Below, piece by piece: positions 9,710 through 18,757 of a stretch of DNA of 64,000 nucleotides. The position numbers and the translations under genes are program-made. Source of the stretch: a virus; the IMG/VR virus record IMGVR_UViG_3300044878_000082, positions 48,940-112,939 of that record; one strand, 5' to 3'. Below the pieces are notes generated by a model, which made no database searches, was not told the DNA's origin, and was given only the letters and a program-made list of their open reading frames with translations. Numbering within the stretch: the first letter of the stretch is position 1; each line of letters starts with the position of its first letter.

Positions 9710-10300
9710 ATGTTGTTTATCCCAGAACACAGTCGTTACTTTCGTGTAGGCGCGATCGACCCCGGTACAGACACGTTGGGGACTAGCATCCTCGACGTGG
9801 ATCTTTTCACTGGCGAGATTATCCTTCGGGACGTCAACACCCTACACGGGAGCCGTAACATGCGTCGGTATCCCGGCGTAGAAGAAGTACATGGCAGTCG
9901 ATGGGCTAAACTCCATTCCCATGGCGTGGAGCTGTTGAACTGGATGCGATACTTTGGTATCCATTCCTTGATCTGCGAATCGCCCTTTCTAGGGCGGTTT
10001 CCACAGGCATTCGAAGCACTGGTTGAATGTAAAACTGCTATTCGCCGGGCACTGTACGAATACGATTTGTGTATGCCATTGGAAACAGTCGATCCCCCGT
10101 CTGCAAAGATGGCGGTAGGGGTGTCGGGCAAGAGCAAGAACAAGGACGATGTCAAGTGGGCCATTCTGAAGTTACCTAACTTCCGAAATGAGTCTGGGAA
10201 GCGCATCGAAGATCTCGATGAGCACTCCACTGACAGCATCGCGGTGGGTTACTTCAAATGCTTAGCGTTAATCAATTTCGTTAAGGGTGCGGGGATATGA
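9710..10300 (+). CDS. ruvC: RuvC-like Holliday junction resolvase
   Basis: RuvC acidic motifs in order: AIDPGTDTLG, ICESPF, PPSAKMAVG...KDDV, DEHSTDSIAVG. Confidence 0.85.
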   Translation: MLFIPEHSRYFRVGAIDPGTDTLGTSILDVDLFTGEIILRDVNTLHGSRNMRRYPGVEEVHGSRWAKLHSHGVELLNWMRYFGIHSLICESPFLGRFPQAFEALVECKTAIRRALYEYDLCMPLETVDPPSAKMAVGVSGKSKNKDDVKWAILKLPNFRNESGKRIEDLDEHSTDSIAVGYFKCLALINFVKGAGI

Positions 10301-10539
10301 ATTCACGGATGGCGTTAATTTTTAAGGGGACAGGAAAACACAGTCTCCGACTACTTCTTATTACCGGTCTGTTCTACGGACTGTACTGGTACTACGATGA
10401 CACTGCTAAAGCTTTAGCCGAAGCTGCTCAAAAGGCAGAGAGCTTGGAAGGAACCAATCAGCAGTTGGAACTAGAGGCAAAAGGATTGAAGACTCAAACC
10501 AGGGTCCAGATTATCCAGAGACACCAGATGGATGGTTGA
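10297..10539 (+). CDS. Small membrane protein (TM plus coiled coil; inner-spanin-like topology)
   Basis: ATGA overlap with ruvC; hydrophobic LLLITGLFYGLYWYY followed by a heptad-like helix. Confidence 0.6.
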   Translation: MNSRMALIFKGTGKHSLRLLLITGLFYGLYWYYDDTAKALAEAAQKAESLEGTNQQLELEAKGLKTQTRVQIIQRHQMDG

Positions 10540-10572
10540 TACATAGCACGCATAGCGAGCAAGGGGAGCAAT

Positions 10573-10989
10573 ATGAACATCGGAGGCGCGCTAGGGGTTC
10601 TCGGCTCTGAGGCTATCGGCACTAAGTCATGGGGAGGAATGATCGTCAAGATCTGCAACTTCCATCTGCCAGACGACAAGCTGGTAACTCTGACCGACAC
10701 TGGTGACGAAGTCATGGGTAAGGTTGTGGCCATGGATGATAAAGTCCAAGTCACGATTCTGACCATGGACATCGGTAACCTGGACGGCTTCGATCCAAGC
10801 TCATCCCGTGGGGTGAATGTGATGAAAGCCGGTGCGGTAATCATTGCGTTGGCTATGGTGGTGATTGGAGCGATGTCGACCTTTATGTACTCCAATGAAG
10901 AAGGTGGGATGGACGTCCAAGTCCTGAACTCAATCTTCAGTACCGGCATGGAGCTGGTGAAGTTGTTGCTCGGGGTACAAGGGGCATAA
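10573..10989 (+). CDS. Membrane protein with C-terminal TM helix
   Basis: AAGGGGAG RBS; AGAVIIALAMVVIGAMSTFM hydrophobic segment. Confidence 0.7.
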   Translation: MNIGGALGVLGSEAIGTKSWGGMIVKICNFHLPDDKLVTLTDTGDEVMGKVVAMDDKVQVTILTMDIGNLDGFDPSSSRGVNVMKAGAVIIALAMVVIGAMSTFMYSNEEGGMDVQVLNSIFSTGMELVKLLLGVQGA

Positions 10990-11021
10990 CGAGAGAGGGC
11001 TCACGCCCTCTCTCTATGCCG
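10983..11021. terminator. Bidirectional hairpin with GGCATA/TATGCC flanks
   Basis: GGCATAAC-GAGAGAGGGC-TCAC-GCCCTCTCTC-TATGCCG between convergent genes. Confidence 0.8.
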
Positions 11022-11025
11022 CCTG

Positions 11026-12573
11026 TTAGGCGAGTTCAGACATCATCTTCTTGGAGTCAGCCAGTTTACTGAGAGGGTGGGTGATGTGATCGCCCCACTC
11101 CATCACGGTTGTTTCCATGATACCCACCGCACGAATGTACGAGGTAAAGTACTTCACGGGTTCGTCGTTCATCCACCGAATCACCGCCGCCACTTGACGC
11201 TGTACCGAAGGACTAGCCTTCGAGCTGATCGCCCACGCTTGAATACGTTCGTAAACTTCCAGTACTTTATCGAACTTAGTCAGCGCGTCATCAATCGAAC
11301 CGTTGAAGTTACTCAGCAGCGTAACTGTAACGATACCAGCCGACGCCTTGGATACTTCCCCGTACTGTGGGAAACGGATCTTCAATTGTTTGCTGATCTG
11401 ACTACTGGAGACTGGAATCGAGCTGAACGCAGCGAGTTGCATCAGGTTTGGATTGTGCTCACCCACCTTTACCAGAGCCGAACCACACGGCATCGTGTCA
11501 TCGGTACCAACGAAGCTACGGAAGATCTTGTAGACTTCTGCCCGTTCGGTTTTCGTCTGTTCCGCTAGATGACGAATCGCGTTGGACTTGGTGCCATCGT
11601 ACGCAACCCCACTGGTAAATACTTTCTCAGCCTTCAGTGCGATCTTCATCAGCTCAGCCGCCAACAACTTACCTTGGGAGCGACCTTCTTTACCACGGAA
11701 GGCAGTGTCCCAGACCATCTCGTTGACGTCATCATGAGAGATCAGAACGTGGTCTTTGGCGGTATCGCGGAAGGTTCGTTGACCGTTAGCCGCCATGGCT
11801 GTGATCAGTGCGTGTTTAGCGTGACCGATCTGTAACTCGGAGACCGCTTTCACGTCCTTCTTGCGCATGGCAACAATGTCTTGACCATCGACAGTCATCG
11901 GTCGGGACGAGTCCACCGGACCATCGCTGGAACGCACCACAACGTGTGCTGCCGCTGGAGTGAGCAGTACCAGTTGTTCTGGCTTCTCTTTCCCCAATGG
12001 CGTGGTTGCGAGGTTGTCTAGGACGCGTTGTACCGAGGAGACGTCCTTCAGGTGCTTGAGGAGGTTCTTCTCAGCCAACTTAGAGATCGCCGCATCGTTA
12101 CCGCCTTCCTTGGCTTTCTCCAGTTGGAACTTGATCTTCTTCTCTTTGCGTTTACCGAACCCAAAGATCAGGAGAAAGAAGTCACGGATACCACGCAGGA
12201 TCTTACGGATCAGGGCAACCATCCCTTCCCAGATCTTGGCTATCCCTTGGGCCAGCCCTTCCATTGAAATCTGGCGACCGTCTTCGTCATTCGCTTCCAT
12301 CGACGGCGTGCGAATAACCAAACCGATACGCTGGTGTACCGACTGAAACGAGTGACCGATAAACACGCGGTCCATTCGAGTCAGTTGGCTCGTACCTTCA
12401 ATGTCGTCGAGGATACTTTCCAGCGTGGCTACAATTTCAGCAGTGGTATCGTGGTCGGCGATGGATTGACCAACTTCAATACCTGCAACGGTTACGTCAT
12501 ACTGCGTGTGTTCGACTGAGTCGTCGTGATCAGCGAAGTGTTCCTGATCGAAGTGCTGTGCGAGGTTGCTCAT
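11026..12573 (-). CDS. Internal head/ejection protein with prohead-protease S-M-E sites
   Basis: Acidic N-terminus, PSME and ISME sites, then amphipathic IAKIWEGMVALIRKILRGIRDFF; pattern of phiKZ-like head paralog families. Confidence 0.75.
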   Translation of the reverse strand: MSNLAQHFDQEHFADHDDSVEHTQYDVTVAGIEVGQSIADHDTTAEIVATLESILDDIEGTSQLTRMDRVFIGHSFQSVHQRIGLVIRTPSMEANDEDGRQISMEGLAQGIAKIWEGMVALIRKILRGIRDFFLLIFGFGKRKEKKIKFQLEKAKEGGNDAAISKLAEKNLLKHLKDVSSVQRVLDNLATTPLGKEKPEQLVLLTPAAAHVVVRSSDGPVDSSRPMTVDGQDIVAMRKKDVKAVSELQIGHAKHALITAMAANGQRTFRDTAKDHVLISHDDVNEMVWDTAFRGKEGRSQGKLLAAELMKIALKAEKVFTSGVAYDGTKSNAIRHLAEQTKTERAEVYKIFRSFVGTDDTMPCGSALVKVGEHNPNLMQLAAFSSIPVSSSQISKQLKIRFPQYGEVSKASAGIVTVTLLSNFNGSIDDALTKFDKVLEVYERIQAWAISSKASPSVQRQVAAVIRWMNDEPVKYFTSYIRAVGIMETTVMEWGDHITHPLSKLADSKKMMSELA

Positions 12574-12585
12574 GTCTAGATTCCA

Positions 12586-13263
12586 TTAGGCGATGAACTT
12601 CTGTCCACGCACGTATTTTTCTTGTACCTTCGCCGCACATTCTGCTTTGGTGACGAGGCCGTCCTTGTTGATGTCAAGACCCTTGTTCTGAACGTACGCA
12701 GTAGGGCGCACTTTCTGATCAAAGATCACGAATTCTTCTGGCTTACCCACAGCCGCTGGCCAGAGGATACGCATGTACACGTCGCTGAGGGTCTTCAGCT
12801 TACCCTTGTACGGTTTGAAGAAGTTGTACACGTACTCGAGCTGCTCCAACGCGGTCATCTTGAGCAGAGCCTCGACCGTAGTGCCTGCATCTTTGGCTGC
12901 GGCGTCACCGAACTGGATCAAACCATAGTAAGGGGCGCCAGCGCCGTTCTTGATCGTCGGTGAGAAGGTTTCACCGGTTTCGAAGGCCATACTCGCCATC
13001 AACCAGTTAGGCCCCTCAGGAGGCATCTCAAGAGCTTTGGCGATAGTCCGTACTCGGAGTACGAATTCTTTCGGGACTTTGGTAGCCCAGATAATGCGGG
13101 TGGCGTCAAATTCAGGATACACGACTTTATCTCCTTGTGACTTGTCCCAAGCCGCTTGACTCTGAGGTCCCCAGATACCGTCGATGATCCCTTCATACAG
13201 ACCCAGTTCTTTCAGTTTGCGCTGCTTCTCTTTAATAGCGCCTTTGTCTACGACTTGAAACAT
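12586..13263 (-). CDS. Endolysin: peptidoglycan-binding domain plus lysozyme-like/lytic transglycosylase domain
   Basis: QRKLKELGLYEGIIDGIWGPQSQAA (PG_binding_1-like); MAFETG catalytic Glu; GLIQF; YVQNKGLDINKDG. Confidence 0.9.
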   Translation of the reverse strand: MFQVVDKGAIKEKQRKLKELGLYEGIIDGIWGPQSQAAWDKSQGDKVVYPEFDATRIIWATKVPKEFVLRVRTIAKALEMPPEGPNWLMASMAFETGETFSPTIKNGAGAPYYGLIQFGDAAAKDAGTTVEALLKMTALEQLEYVYNFFKPYKGKLKTLSDVYMRILWPAAVGKPEEFVIFDQKVRPTAYVQNKGLDINKDGLVTKAECAAKVQEKYVRGQKFIA

Positions 13264-13307
13264 TGTGGTCACCTTGATGGGGTATTTAGAACTTACATAA
13301 CATGGCC

Positions 13308-13347
13308 GCATAAGAGGAGGACCGAAGTCCTCCTCCTTTTATGCCGT
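13308..13347 (-). terminator. Hairpin with GCATA/TATGCC flanks
   Basis: GCATAA-GAGGAGGAC-CGAA-GTCCTCCTC-CTTTTATGCCGT after the adhesin gene. Confidence 0.8.
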
Positions 13348-13794
13348 TGGACCGAGTAGTCGACCGGGTACCAAACCAGTACTGGCGATGAGGTAACCCA
13401 CGTTGACGATGGACCGACCGGGTGCAGCACCTGGACCGTAGAAGTTTTGGGAGCTACCAATAGAGCCCCCAGATGCACCGGGTTGACCGAGGTCACCACC
13501 TTTACCTTGGTAGGGGTTGTCGTAACTGGTGAGACCACCAGCCGTCTCCGTACCATTGTAACCTACGTATCGGTAGTTCGCTGACCACGTAACGTCCCCG
13601 CCGGCCCCTGGGTTGATGCCAGCACCTCCGCCGCCAGGACAGTTGTTACTGTTACTACCACCGGTCTCACCAGAACCCCCACCTCCGCCACCACCACCAC
13701 CGATGTAACCGTTGTTGGTGATCGTCGTAGGGAACTCGAGCAACAAAGCATCGCTCCCAGGTTGAGCTGGCACAACTGTAAACTGATAACCCAT
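13339..13794 (-). CDS. gp38-like polyglycine adhesin, C-terminal part
   Basis: TITNNGYIGGGGGGGGG, GGGGAG, GKGGDLGQPG, GAAPGRSI and terminal GRLLGP match T-even gp38 glycine-rich motifs; own RBS AAGGGAGGAGGT. Confidence 0.8.
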   Translation of the reverse strand: MGYQFTVVPAQPGSDALLLEFPTTITNNGYIGGGGGGGGGSGETGGSNSNNCPGGGGAGINPGAGGDVTWSANYRYVGYNGTETAGGLTSYDNPYQGKGGDLGQPGASGGSIGSSQNFYGPGAAPGRSIVNVGYLIASTGLVPGRLLGPTA

Positions 13795-13808
13795 TACAAC
13801 CTCCTCCC

Positions 13809-14225
13809 TTAGTGAGTACCACGGTCAGGTTCGTGTGGTGTACCTGTCCGGGTCACGTTACCACCCTTACCACCAGCACCTTCAATGTAACCGTTGTTGA
13901 TGATGGTTAGGGTAGAACCGGCTGGGAAGCCACCAGTCCGCAATGCAAAGTTACCCGGCGTCCCACCAATCTTACCGTTGTTGATAAAGATAAAATTGCT
14001 AGGTGACTGTGGATAACCAAAGCACGCAGCGATGTTCATGTTGTATCCGTACCCAACGTGGGTATAGATCTGTGCACCTGGCCAGACTTCTTTCCAAGTA
14101 GACGCATCAACCTTGACCATCACACGCTTGGCTTTGTACCAGTTGTTGTCACCCAGTTTAATGAACGGAGTTTTGACTGGAGTGAAGACCCCTGGGGATA
14201 ACTTGACCGCAATTTTCTGTGTCAT
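13809..14225 (-). CDS. gp38-like adhesin, N-terminal part
   Basis: Trp-rich WYKAKRVMVKV...WKEVW head, then GFPAGSTLTIINNGYIEGAGGKGG. Confidence 0.75.
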   Translation of the reverse strand: MTQKIAVKLSPGVFTPVKTPFIKLGDNNWYKAKRVMVKVDASTWKEVWPGAQIYTHVGYGYNMNIAACFGYPQSPSNFIFINNGKIGGTPGNFALRTGGFPAGSTLTIINNGYIEGAGGKGGNVTRTGTPHEPDRGTH

Positions 14226-14240
14226 CGGACAGGCCTTTTA

Positions 14241-15857
14241 TCAGTAGGTGAACCAGACATCACCTACAGCACCCCAGGCGCCGTTAGGGTCAGCCGTGGA
14301 GATCAGGAGGGCACGTTTACCCATGGTGCCGACTTGGTTATACGCAGCAGCCAAGATCGACGCAGTGGTGTTACCTTCCAGTGCAGCAGCGTTCACTGCG
14401 GTACCGTTAGCAGGCAGACGCAGACCCACGAGATAGTTCACGTCAGCCACCGTATACGCACCCACCATCGCAGCGGTTGTCCCGTGTGGGTTACCGGATA
14501 CAATCTTGGCGTGAGCATCCATAGCAGCAGTCTGGAACGCAATGGCCTGAGCAGTGAGCAACGGCGTCATGTACTTGGTGTTGATCGTGCCCGCTTGTGC
14601 TTCAGCAGTCGATGCTACACCGTAGTCCAACACGTTACCCAACCCTACTTGCGCCTTGGTAGTTGCGTGCGGGTTGTTGGTGTTGGTGATGTGGTTGTTC
14701 AACGGAACCAAGGCTTGTTGAGCAATCGCCTGAGCAGTCCGCAGTGGAGTCATATACTTCAGGTTCGAAGTACCGGCCTCCGCTTCAGCTTGCACCGCGA
14801 GATCGTAGTTCTGCACGCTACCGAGTCCCACTTGCGCTTTAGTCGTGTTGTGGGGGTTGGTCTGGTCGTTGATGTGCGTGTTCAGCGGCACGACTGCTTG
14901 AGCCGTAATCGCTTGCTTCGTGGTCAACGGCGTGAGGTAACGATCGGAACGAGTCCCTGCTTCCGCTTCAGCTTGGGTGGCTGGCTGGTAGTTTTCTACC
15001 AAGCTCAGACCAACCTGTGCTTTAGTCGTAGCGTGAGGGTTCGTCTTGTCCGCGATGTGTGCGTTGAGTGGTGCCAGTGCTTGAGTGGCGATCGCTTGTG
15101 CTGTGAGCAGCGGAGTCATGTACTTATTGTTAACAGTACCGGCCTGTGCTTCAGCAGTGGTAGCAATCGCGTAGTTCTGTACCAACCCCAAGCCTACTTG
15201 CGCCTGCGTTACCGCGTGCGGGTTAGCCTTGTTGTTCTCGTGCGCTTCGAAGTCAGCCCGTTGCTCAGTGATCTGTGCTTGGAGCAAACCGTCCTGGTAG
15301 TTGATGAACTGACGCAATTCATCGTGAGCAGCTTCGTCGCCGATCAGGATAGCGTTACGCAGTGCATCCAACGCTTCCACGAGGTATTCGAAACCGTACA
15401 GGTCACCGATGTCGTGGAGGTGAGGAGCAGGAGGGAAAGCGGTGGGTTTACCGAGAATGGAACCCCACTCCACTGCACGCTCGTCGATGTCGAGGTTCTC
15501 GATCATCTTCGCCAAGGCCGAAGCCGAGGTACTGAACACACCACCAACTACTTGGTAAGTGAACAGCAAGCTATCCCGGACAGCAGGATCAGTGACCACA
15601 ACGACGGCACAAATCTCTTTGTCCATCGCCAGTGTGGCATCTTGTTGCAGTTGTGCTGCGATGTAGTGAACACCCTTGGTGAGCACCCGACCGGTCGCCG
15701 CCTCAGTGACAATCATCGACTCTGTGAAGTAAGAGCCGTAGTTGGGAACGAATGCCCGGTTACGAGCAGGTCCCAAGTCATGAGGTTCGTTGATGACCAG
15801 GTTGTTCGGGTTGATCCCGGTAGGGTCTTCTGGGTACTTGAGAATGATTGTGCCCAT
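14241..15857 (-). CDS. Tail fibre protein (phiKZ gp145/146-like) with NPH repeats
   Basis: YPEDPTG start; FPPAPHLH; five NPH motifs (four full ~61-aa repeats); ends GDVWFTY. Confidence 0.85.
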   Translation of the reverse strand: MGTIILKYPEDPTGINPNNLVINEPHDLGPARNRAFVPNYGSYFTESMIVTEAATGRVLTKGVHYIAAQLQQDATLAMDKEICAVVVVTDPAVRDSLLFTYQVVGGVFSTSASALAKMIENLDIDERAVEWGSILGKPTAFPPAPHLHDIGDLYGFEYLVEALDALRNAILIGDEAAHDELRQFINYQDGLLQAQITEQRADFEAHENNKANPHAVTQAQVGLGLVQNYAIATTAEAQAGTVNNKYMTPLLTAQAIATQALAPLNAHIADKTNPHATTKAQVGLSLVENYQPATQAEAEAGTRSDRYLTPLTTKQAITAQAVVPLNTHINDQTNPHNTTKAQVGLGSVQNYDLAVQAEAEAGTSNLKYMTPLRTAQAIAQQALVPLNNHITNTNNPHATTKAQVGLGNVLDYGVASTAEAQAGTINTKYMTPLLTAQAIAFQTAAMDAHAKIVSGNPHGTTAAMVGAYTVADVNYLVGLRLPANGTAVNAAALEGNTTASILAAAYNQVGTMGKRALLISTADPNGAWGAVGDVWFTY

Positions 15858-15878
15858 GATTACCTATTCCTTAATTGT

Positions 15879-18320
15879 TCAAAGAGCGGTGATCGTTCCG
15901 TCGGCATTCAGGTAGAACCTAGCCCCGGTTTCCGCATTCACCATGGTACGTGGAGCACCAAACACGTCCTGAGCTTTCAACCCAGGAAGCAACGCCCACA
16001 CCCCGTTTGAGTAACGGTAAACTTTGTTCGATGCCACGTCGACCACGATGTCAAACAACGTACCACCCTTGAAGGATCGCAGGTTGAAGTAAGACGCCGG
16101 TTGCGAGATGTTCAAGAACCCCCATGGCTTGGCACCACGGAACTGAGCAGCTAACCCTGTTTGTGGCAAGGTGTAGTTGATCGTTGTAGCCGGATCTAAC
16201 AACAGCGAGTTCCACTGACTGGTGGTGATCTTGAAGTTGTCGCCGTTCCGAATAGCCTTCACTCGAATCGAGCGACCGCGCCAACCACCATCGGTTGGGA
16301 AGTTCGGGTTCGAGTACCACGGGATCGCACTGTTCTGTGCCACCACACCCGCAGCCGCAGAGAACGTTTGGATCGTCAACGGAGCCACCACAGCGGGGAA
16401 CCCACCCATGCTCACGTTGAAGGTCAGCCGGTTGTTCACCCCACCAGATCGGTTAAAGGCCAACACCAAACCGTTCATGTCATCGTCAGCGTTATCTGAC
16501 TTAATGACCACGTCGATCTCGTAGTTGTCTACCGATTCTGGAGAGACGAAACCTACCCAGTTAGCCGTGTTCAATGGCATCACCGCAGCCTGCTTAGCGT
16601 CGTCCCAAACCCACGCCGCAGCTTCACCCGTAGCACCCACCCCTTGCGGGAAGTACTCGTTGTTGGAGAAGCGGTCCCAGGTATTGAAGACCGTGGCTTG
16701 TGATGGCGGCACCAGACGACTCATCGCATCCGCAGCCAAAGGCCCCGAAGGATAGATGTAGGCATTCATGGTGGGGAGATCCAACTTGTCCGTCAACCAC
16801 TGACGCAACGTAATCAAGTTCCGAGCCGAGTCACCCGAGAGGTAGTTCTGAAGGTGTGAGTAGTCCAAGTTCATCTGACCCACTGCAACCTTCATCACGT
16901 CTCGAGCAGGGATCGAACCAAAGCCGTCAGCTTGGAGTTTCTTGATCAACGTCGGGAGTTGCACCGAACCTGTAGGATCAGGTTGGTAACGGTTCACCGG
17001 AAGCTGACGAGAGAACTGGAACGGACTGGTGATGCGTACGTTAAACACGTCACCTTTCTTCACGGGGACAAACTGACTACCACCAGCGTACCACGATTCC
17101 GAAGAACCCAGTGCGTCAGTGAAATCCAGTTCAGCCACTCGTGTCGAGTTGAGCAACACGTCCCCTTCAATCGTCCCCAGTCCAGCGCCCACAACCTCAA
17201 CCGAGAACGTACGAGAGTTACTGAAGCCCGCAGGCAACGAGTTGATCTCTACCCCGTTACCGTCCAAGATCTTGAGCAACTGTCCCGTGGCGATCACGTA
17301 GACAAAGCTGTACAGCTCGATCGCACCATTCTTGAGTACCGCAATCGCCTTAACAGTGTTGACACCGTTGTTAGCAATCGACACTCCGGGAATGTCTGCC
17401 GCTGTCCATTTCTGGAACGTTGGTAGAATCACCTTAGACTCCGAACCACCCGCAGCAATGTTCTCTGCGTTGGTCATCCCAGCGTACAGTGGATGGTCGC
17501 CATAGTTAGCACGAATGAAACCCACGTTCACTGGAGTGCGGTCGTAGTTACCGTTGAAGAACGCACCGAAGTTCGCAGCAATCCGGTTAGCCGTGGCGTA
17601 GAAGCCCGTACCGTCTGGATGTACCCGAACCTTGTTGATGTCGGTGAACGCTGTCGAACCGTGGTCGGTGATGAACGCAATCCCATTGCCATTCTGACGA
17701 TAGGTTGCAAAGTCAGTGATCGCCGAGTTCGTGATCAAGTCAGCGTTGGTGGCTTGGTAAGCCGTGGAGAAGAACACCACACAGCAGTACTGATCCAGTT
17801 CCGCCAGCGTCGGGTTCAACTGACCACCCGCGTAGTCACTCACGTCTTTGAAGGTCGGGGTGTAACCAGCGATCGCACAGATGTTGGTCATGGAAGTGAA
17901 GAAGCCGTTAGCAGCCGTACTCTTCACTGGGTAAGGACCTGTGGAGATGATGTCACCCATCACCAACACCTTCTTGTTACCAGCCGCTACTTTCGCAGGG
18001 TTGGCACAGAAGTTCAGTGCGTTGTACATGTACTTCCACTGGGCAGCCAAACTCGCAAACGGAGTACCCGGAGCTGGACCTACGTTGTTGTAGAACTTTG
18101 GAAACCCGCCGTCGTAAACAACGTTCCCTGTCCCGTCTTGCGTCACCGCAATAAAAGGATTAGGAGGCACCAAGGTGTCGTAAGCGATGTACTTCGAGAT
18201 CGCCGGAGCTGGACCATTCTGGTTGAAGCTAACGAAGTCGACGTCAGACGACAGCACCCAGCCCGCGTTCTGTGCTTCGAGGTAATACCCAGGAGGAACG
18301 CTTAGTGCTAAGTTAGCCAT
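15879..18320 (-). CDS. Tail-associated protein: GATase-like domain plus ConA/lectin-like domain
   Basis: LDQYCCVVF, NGNGIAFITDH and DHPLYAG segments; C-terminal YEIDVVIKSDNADDDMNGLVLAF; lies in the fibre operon. Confidence 0.65.
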   Translation of the reverse strand: MANLALSVPPGYYLEAQNAGWVLSSDVDFVSFNQNGPAPAISKYIAYDTLVPPNPFIAVTQDGTGNVVYDGGFPKFYNNVGPAPGTPFASLAAQWKYMYNALNFCANPAKVAAGNKKVLVMGDIISTGPYPVKSTAANGFFTSMTNICAIAGYTPTFKDVSDYAGGQLNPTLAELDQYCCVVFFSTAYQATNADLITNSAITDFATYRQNGNGIAFITDHGSTAFTDINKVRVHPDGTGFYATANRIAANFGAFFNGNYDRTPVNVGFIRANYGDHPLYAGMTNAENIAAGGSESKVILPTFQKWTAADIPGVSIANNGVNTVKAIAVLKNGAIELYSFVYVIATGQLLKILDGNGVEINSLPAGFSNSRTFSVEVVGAGLGTIEGDVLLNSTRVAELDFTDALGSSESWYAGGSQFVPVKKGDVFNVRITSPFQFSRQLPVNRYQPDPTGSVQLPTLIKKLQADGFGSIPARDVMKVAVGQMNLDYSHLQNYLSGDSARNLITLRQWLTDKLDLPTMNAYIYPSGPLAADAMSRLVPPSQATVFNTWDRFSNNEYFPQGVGATGEAAAWVWDDAKQAAVMPLNTANWVGFVSPESVDNYEIDVVIKSDNADDDMNGLVLAFNRSGGVNNRLTFNVSMGGFPAVVAPLTIQTFSAAAGVVAQNSAIPWYSNPNFPTDGGWRGRSIRVKAIRNGDNFKITTSQWNSLLLDPATTINYTLPQTGLAAQFRGAKPWGFLNISQPASYFNLRSFKGGTLFDIVVDVASNKVYRYSNGVWALLPGLKAQDVFGAPRTMVNAETGARFYLNADGTITAL

Positions 18321-18330
18321 GGCTTACTCC

Positions 18331-18705
18331 TCAGGGCAGTCTCGGGACGTCAATTCGAACGTGTACGTCAATCGACACGTCGCTGATATTCACCACGCGA
18401 ATGTATCGGTTAGCTCGGACCGCGTGAACCACCGTGGTCTCAGAGTTGATGTACATGTTCAGTGTAGAAGAAGCCGGCACCACGTCCTTGATACGCACCG
18501 TGACTTGAGCAGCGTCTTTATCAAACACTGCGTGCTTGGTACCCAAAAGGGTTTGCAAGTCGTACTCTTTGTTGGCCCCAGCGGCAATGGTTACAAACTC
18601 AGACACCGTACGTTTGTGAACGTGGTGAACCAAGTCAGTCACTACCGATAGGGCCGTATCAACGCTGTTCTTCAACCCGTTGAGTAAAGCCGCTGTAATT
18701 GTCAT
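18331..18705 (-). CDS. Small tail-associated protein (124 aa)
   Basis: N-terminal amphipathic helix like its neighbours plus a beta-rich domain; AGGA RBS. Confidence 0.65.
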   Translation of the reverse strand: MTITAALLNGLKNSVDTALSVVTDLVHHVHKRTVSEFVTIAAGANKEYDLQTLLGTKHAVFDKDAAQVTVRIKDVVPASSTLNMYINSETTVVHAVRANRYIRVVNISDVSIDVHVRIDVPRLP

Positions 18706-18757
18706 GGGTTTATCCTATCGTGCGTATTTTTTTACAGCTCATCACAGGATAAGTCTC

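Noticed and set aside
10297-10989. Stop-codon readthrough joining two in-frame ORFs separated by one TGA
   Set aside because: The second ORF has its own strong RBS, in-frame arrangement is common by chance, and TGA is a normal stop elsewhere.
14334-16010. Long antisense ORFs (558 aa here; also 25747-26898, 39829-41013, 61165-62235 and others)
   Set aside because: They shadow well-supported genes, have no recognisable motifs, and are explained by sense-strand codon bias.
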